Assembly: GCA_051251915.1 (NCBI GenBank)
Contig: JBPOGF010000001.1
Location: forward strand, 1-64,000
Direction of reading: 5' to 3'
From: Akkermansiaceae bacterium
GTDB lineage: Bacteria; Verrucomicrobiota; Verrucomicrobiia; Verrucomicrobiales; Akkermansiaceae
DNA: 64,000 nt
In this document: in pieces, positions 60,201 through 64,000 of the stretch
Layout: every line of letters begins with the position of its first letter
Position numbering within the stretch: position 1 is the stretch's first letter
Notes under the pieces: model-generated
Databases searched by the model: none
The model's input: only the letters and a program-made list of their open reading frames with translations
Told to the model about the DNA's origin: nothing
Translations under genes and position numbers: made by a program

Positions 60201-60977
60201 ATGAGCCAAACAGTAGAAAACAAATTTGAACAGAGACAAAGTGGCGATACAAAAAAGATCGTGATGATCTATTCCATTGTAGCCATCATTTGCGCGATCA
60301 TCATCGCGTGCTTTATGTTTCTAGGGAAATATATGGGAGCCGCCGCAGAAGAAACAGCTGATGCTGGGGAGAGGAATGTTGTAGAGGTTCAGGTAATGTC
60401 GATGGAGGAAAGCATTGGGTTAAATGACATTGTGAAGTTAGAAAAAGATTTTACTGCTACAAATCAAGATGGTGAGACGGTGACGCTTCAGTCGCTCAAA
60501 GGGAAAGTTTGGGTATTTGCGCAGTTTTACGGTTCATGCCCAGAGTGCAATAAAGTGAACTTTGAAATCCTGACTGACGTCTATGAAAAATATAAGGACG
60601 ATCCTAATTTCCAGCTCGTGACAGTGAGTGTGATGGAAGAGGAAGATGGCGTAAAGGCGATGAAGAGTATGGCGGATGCTCTCAAGGCTGAAACTAAGAA
60701 CTGGTGGTTCCTGACTGCGGATGTGAGTGAGGTGAACGAGTTTTGTTCAGACAATATGCTATATGCAAGGTTTGAAGATAATACGGATAAAGAGGGCAAC
60801 GGAATGGAGGGTGCTATTTTCCATGATATGGGGATATCTGTATTTAATGGAGATATGGTTATGAAGGCTAAGGTGGATGTTTATTCACAACTTCAGGCTA
60901 GTAATGATCTAGGAGCTGAACTTAAAAAGAAGCAGCTAAACCTTGAGGTGGCTGCGGCAATTAAAGCTCTAAAATAA
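60201..60977 (+). CDS. SCO1/SenC family protein
   Basis: DFTATNQDG...LKGKVWV..F...CPEC, NWWFLT, conserved His (IFHD). Confidence 0.8.
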   Translation: MSQTVENKFEQRQSGDTKKIVMIYSIVAIICAIIIACFMFLGKYMGAAAEETADAGERNVVEVQVMSMEESIGLNDIVKLEKDFTATNQDGETVTLQSLKGKVWVFAQFYGSCPECNKVNFEILTDVYEKYKDDPNFQLVTVSVMEEEDGVKAMKSMADALKAETKNWWFLTADVSEVNEFCSDNMLYARFEDNTDKEGNGMEGAIFHDMGISVFNGDMVMKAKVDVYSQLQASNDLGAELKKKQLNLEVAAAIKALK

Positions 60978-60982
60978 GATTA

Positions 60983-61552
60983 GTGATGAGTGATTTAAAT
61001 ACTTACCTCCAGAGAAAACCAAATTTAGCCTTAGGCAAGACGCTGAAGATAGTTACTTGGGTTCTTACTGCTGTGGTGTTGATTTTGGTGGGGTTGATGC
61101 GTAGGCCGGAGTTGAAAATTCCATTGCCTGATGGTGTGAGTATGGGATTTCTTCCTCCTGTTCATGCTGCATTAAATTCTATTGTGGCGATTAGTTTGAT
61201 CATGGCGGTTTGGATGATTAAGAGGAAGAACATTAACGCGCACAAGTTATGGATTGGTATTGCGATGCTTAGTTCGGTGCTGTTTTTGCTTTGCTATGTG
61301 GCTTATCATTTCACTACTACTGAGACGCTCTATGCTGGTCAGGGGGTGATGCGTAGTGTGTATTTCTTCTTACTGATTACCCATATTGTTCTAGCGGGTA
61401 TTAGTTTGCCATTCATTCTGTTGACGTGGCTTTATGGTTTTACTAACCAGTTTGGGAAGCATAAAAAGATGGCGAAATGGGTATTTCCTATCTGGCTTTA
61501 TGTGGCGATTACTGGTCCTATATGCTACTTTATGTTGAAGCCTTATTATTAG
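60983..61552 (+). CDS. DUF420 family membrane protein (cytochrome oxidase assembly associated)
   Basis: HAALN, FLLCYVAYH, YFFLLITHIVL, HKKMAKW.FPIWLYVAITG. Confidence 0.9.
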   Translation: MMSDLNTYLQRKPNLALGKTLKIVTWVLTAVVLILVGLMRRPELKIPLPDGVSMGFLPPVHAALNSIVAISLIMAVWMIKRKNINAHKLWIGIAMLSSVLFLLCYVAYHFTTTETLYAGQGVMRSVYFFLLITHIVLAGISLPFILLTWLYGFTNQFGKHKKMAKWVFPIWLYVAITGPICYFMLKPYY

Positions 61553-61613
61553 GTGAAATTGCGGATTGGTTGAATCTGTTAGCTTTTTGATTTAGTTTGG
61601 TTAAATTACAAAA

Positions 61614-61660
61614 GCGCAATATGTAGTATGTTTTGCGTAGAAAAGCGCAACATGTTGGTT
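61614..61660. promoter_or_regulatory. Tandem NrdR-box-like sites upstream of smc
   Basis: GCGCAATATGTAGTAT (61614-61629) and GCGCAACATGTTGGTT (61645-61660), 31 bp apart; both fit the CwAyATnTwG core. Confidence 0.65.
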
Positions 61661-61775
61661 TTGTTGCCAAATGTCCTTGGAGTAAATAGTTGGGCGGAGT
61701 ATAAGATTACTGTTCAGTAAAATTGATCTCCCCGATCAAGTTCCTGATACTTCCCATCTTCAACCAAGTAAAACT

Positions 61776-64000
61776 ATGTATCTCAAATCACTCGACATTC
61801 ACGGATTCAAATCTTTCGCCAATAAGACGAAGTTTGAGTTTCATAAAGGTGTTACTGGTATCGTTGGTCCGAATGGCTGCGGTAAGAGTAACGTGGTGGA
61901 TGCGATTCGTTGGGTGCTGGGTGAGACGAGTGCTAAGGCGTTACGTGGTGGTGAGATGGCTGATGTTATTTTCAATGGTACGGATAACCGTAAGCCGATG
62001 GGCATGGCTGAGGTCACGCTTACTATGGGTGACTGCGAAAAGGCGCTGAAGGTGGAATACAATGAGGTGGGCATTACGCGTCGGGTGTTCCGCGATGGGA
62101 AGAGTGAGTATCGGATTAATGGCACGATCTGTCGTTTGCGTGATATTCATGATCTGTTCATGGATACTGGGATAGGGCGTACTGCTTATTCTATCATGGA
62201 GCAGGGGAAAATTGACATGCTTTTGTCCTCTAAGCCTGAGGATAGACGGCAGGTATTTGAGGAGGCAGCGGGGATTACTAAATTTAAGAAAGAGAAGAAA
62301 GAGGCGCTGCGCAAGCTGGATTATACACAAGCGAACCTACTTCGCGTAAGCGATGTCCTAGCGGAGCAGGAGCGCAGGATGAACTCGTTGAAGCGTCAGG
62401 TGGCGAAGGCTAGGAGGTATCAGTCATTGGCTAAAAATGTGCGTATCTTGGACACTCATCTGAGCCATAAACGCTATGTTGAAATTAAGGCTCAGGCGGA
62501 GGAGTTGAGGCGGTCGATTTGGTCGTTAGAAGTGCGCGAGCATGAGATAGAACGGGATCTTCCGGAGAGAGAGCAGGCGGTGATCGAAGCACGGGATAAT
62601 GCGCAGGAATTGGAGAGCCAGCTTTCAGAGATCCGGCAGATGCTGAATGAGAGGCGTAATAATGCGAATGCAGCACAGAGTAAAATAGCCTTTAATAATG
62701 AGCGGCAGGCAGAGTTGTTGGGGCGCATTGAGCAGAATGAAGTTGAGATTGAAGAAACACGGCAGAAGTTAAGTCAGCAGGAGATGGATCTGCAATTTGC
62801 GACGGTTTCACTTAGTGATATTTCAGAGAAAATTGTCAGGCAAGAGGTTGCCGTGGCTGAGCAGGAGGAGAAACGTGCTATAGCGAAGGCTCACCGAGAG
62901 GAGAAAGAAGCGCAGTTGAGGGAGACTAGGGCGGAGTCTAATAGGACGCAATCGCTCATTGCTGCGGCACAGGCAAAGATAGAAAGTGCGCTGGCTCAGT
63001 TTGAGGGGAATAGGGAGCGATCAAGGCATCTTGCAGAGGATGAAGATAAGCTGAGGCTTGAGCGTGAGGAGGCAGTGTCTGAGCGTCAGAAGATAGCTGA
63101 GGAATTAGACACGAGAGTCTCTAAACTCGCTGGACTTGCTGAGGAGTTCGAGAGTCACGAGAGGAGTTTTCAGAAGTACCGTGGCACGCTTGATGCGACA
63201 AGGGAGGCGACTGCTGACCAACATAAGGAGCTGGCTAAATCATCATCTCGACTAGAGGTGCTCAAGCAGTTGGTGAAGACTGGTGAAGGTCTGGAGCAGG
63301 GGACGCAAGCGGTGCTATCTGGTCTGGATGATAAGGAACTCTATGAGCCTGGAGTCCGTGGAGTTTTAGCAAATTTCATCCAAGTAGAAGGAGATTTCAC
63401 TAATGCTGTGGAAGCTGCGCTTGGTGCACATTTACAGACGGTTCTGGTGAGGGACTCGATGTTAGCGGAATCCATTATTGATACTCTTACGCTTAAGAAA
63501 ATGGGGCAGGCTGCGATTGTACCGGAAGATTTTATACCTACACATTCTGAGGTGCAGTTGTTGCATCTTCCTGATGGTGGGATTGCGTGGGCGGTTGATA
63601 AAGTGAAGAGTGAGAAGGTGGTGACGCCGATCATTGAGAAACTGCTTTCGAATGTGCTGATTGTGGAAGATCTGGCTGCGGCACTGAGGCTAAGGTCACA
63701 ACTGCCGGACGTTACCTTTGCTTCATTGAAGGGTGCTGTGCTTAGTTCTGAGGGGGTAGTGCGTGGAGGAGAAGCTAGTGGAGAAGGTTCATCTGTGCTG
63801 GACAGGCAAAATGAGATCCGTGATCTGGAAACTCAAACGGCTACTTTAGTGGAGCAAGAGACTGAGTCTAAGCAGAAGCTCGAATTGCTAGAAAACCAGA
63901 TTTCTGAAAGCCGTGAAGCAGTAGAGGTGGCGAGGGAAAGACTGCAGAAAGCTCGCGTGGATGAGTCTACTCTACAAGGTCAACTCACGTTAGCTACTAG
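61776..64000 (+). CDS. smc: Chromosome segregation protein SMC (5' part, runs off the window)
   Basis: Hand translation [15 protein letters not shown]...[23 protein letters not shown]...[11 protein letters not shown]; coiled coil and hinge (AVEAALG) follow. Confidence 0.96.
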   Translation, partial: MYLKSLDIHGFKSFANKTKFEFHKGVTGIVGPNGCGKSNVVDAIRWVLGETSAKALRGGEMADVIFNGTDNRKPMGMAEVTLTMGDCEKALKVEYNEVGITRRVFRDGKSEYRINGTICRLRDIHDLFMDTGIGRTAYSIMEQGKIDMLLSSKPEDRRQVFEEAAGITKFKKEKKEALRKLDYTQANLLRVSDVLAEQERRMNSLKRQVAKARRYQSLAKNVRILDTHLSHKRYVEIKAQAEELRRSIWSLEVREHEIERDLPEREQAVIEARDNAQELESQLSEIRQMLNERRNNANAAQSKIAFNNERQAELLGRIEQNEVEIEETRQKLSQQEMDLQFATVSLSDISEKIVRQEVAVAEQEEKRAIAKAHREEKEAQLRETRAESNRTQSLIAAAQAKIESALAQFEGNRERSRHLAEDEDKLRLEREEAVSERQKIAEELDTRVSKLAGLAEEFESHERSFQKYRGTLDATREATADQHKELAKSSSRLEVLKQLVKTGEGLEQGTQAVLSGLDDKELYEPGVRGVLANFIQVEGDFTNAVEAALGAHLQTVLVRDSMLAESIIDTLTLKKMGQAAIVPEDFIPTHSEVQLLHLPDGGIAWAVDKVKSEKVVTPIIEKLLSNVLIVEDLAAALRLRSQLPDVTFASLKGAVLSSEGVVRGGEASGEGSSVLDRQNEIRDLETQTATLVEQETESKQKLELLENQISESREAVEVARERLQKARVDESTLQGQLTLAT

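Overview
Chromosomal segment of a Verrucomicrobiota bacterium, probably a marine Verrucomicrobiales/Rubritalea-like organism (inference from PEP-CTERM proteins, a PVC small basic protein, four sulfatases and a Verrucomicrobia PilX-like protein). It has three zones. (1) 1-14.2 kb is a repeat-saturated accessory region. It holds an AT-rich NACHT-LRR (NLR-like) gene between two truncated genes, and a hipBA toxin-antitoxin module with three operators, bracketed by ~140-bp REP-like direct repeats. It also holds a DEAD/DEAH helicase carrying a 195-bp in-frame insertion of a composite repeat that also occurs intergenically. (2) 31.4-48.5 kb is a sulfated-glycan-utilisation-like locus with no TonB-dependent receptor. 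A discoidin-domain sensor kinase/LuxR pair sits between a PilX-like pilin unit and a PEP-CTERM/esterase/sulfatase/LamG unit. Both units carry the same 18-bp palindrome exactly 21 bp upstream of a -10 hexamer. (3) The remainder is mostly housekeeping: pseudouridine synthase, mpl, tRNA-Arg, hemL, nrdR, cyoE/SCO genes and the 5' part of smc, which is preceded by tandem NrdR-box-like sites. The + strand is extremely G/T-rich over long stretches regardless of coding strand. No CRISPR array, integrase or transposase was found. All calls are by eye and no database searches were run.
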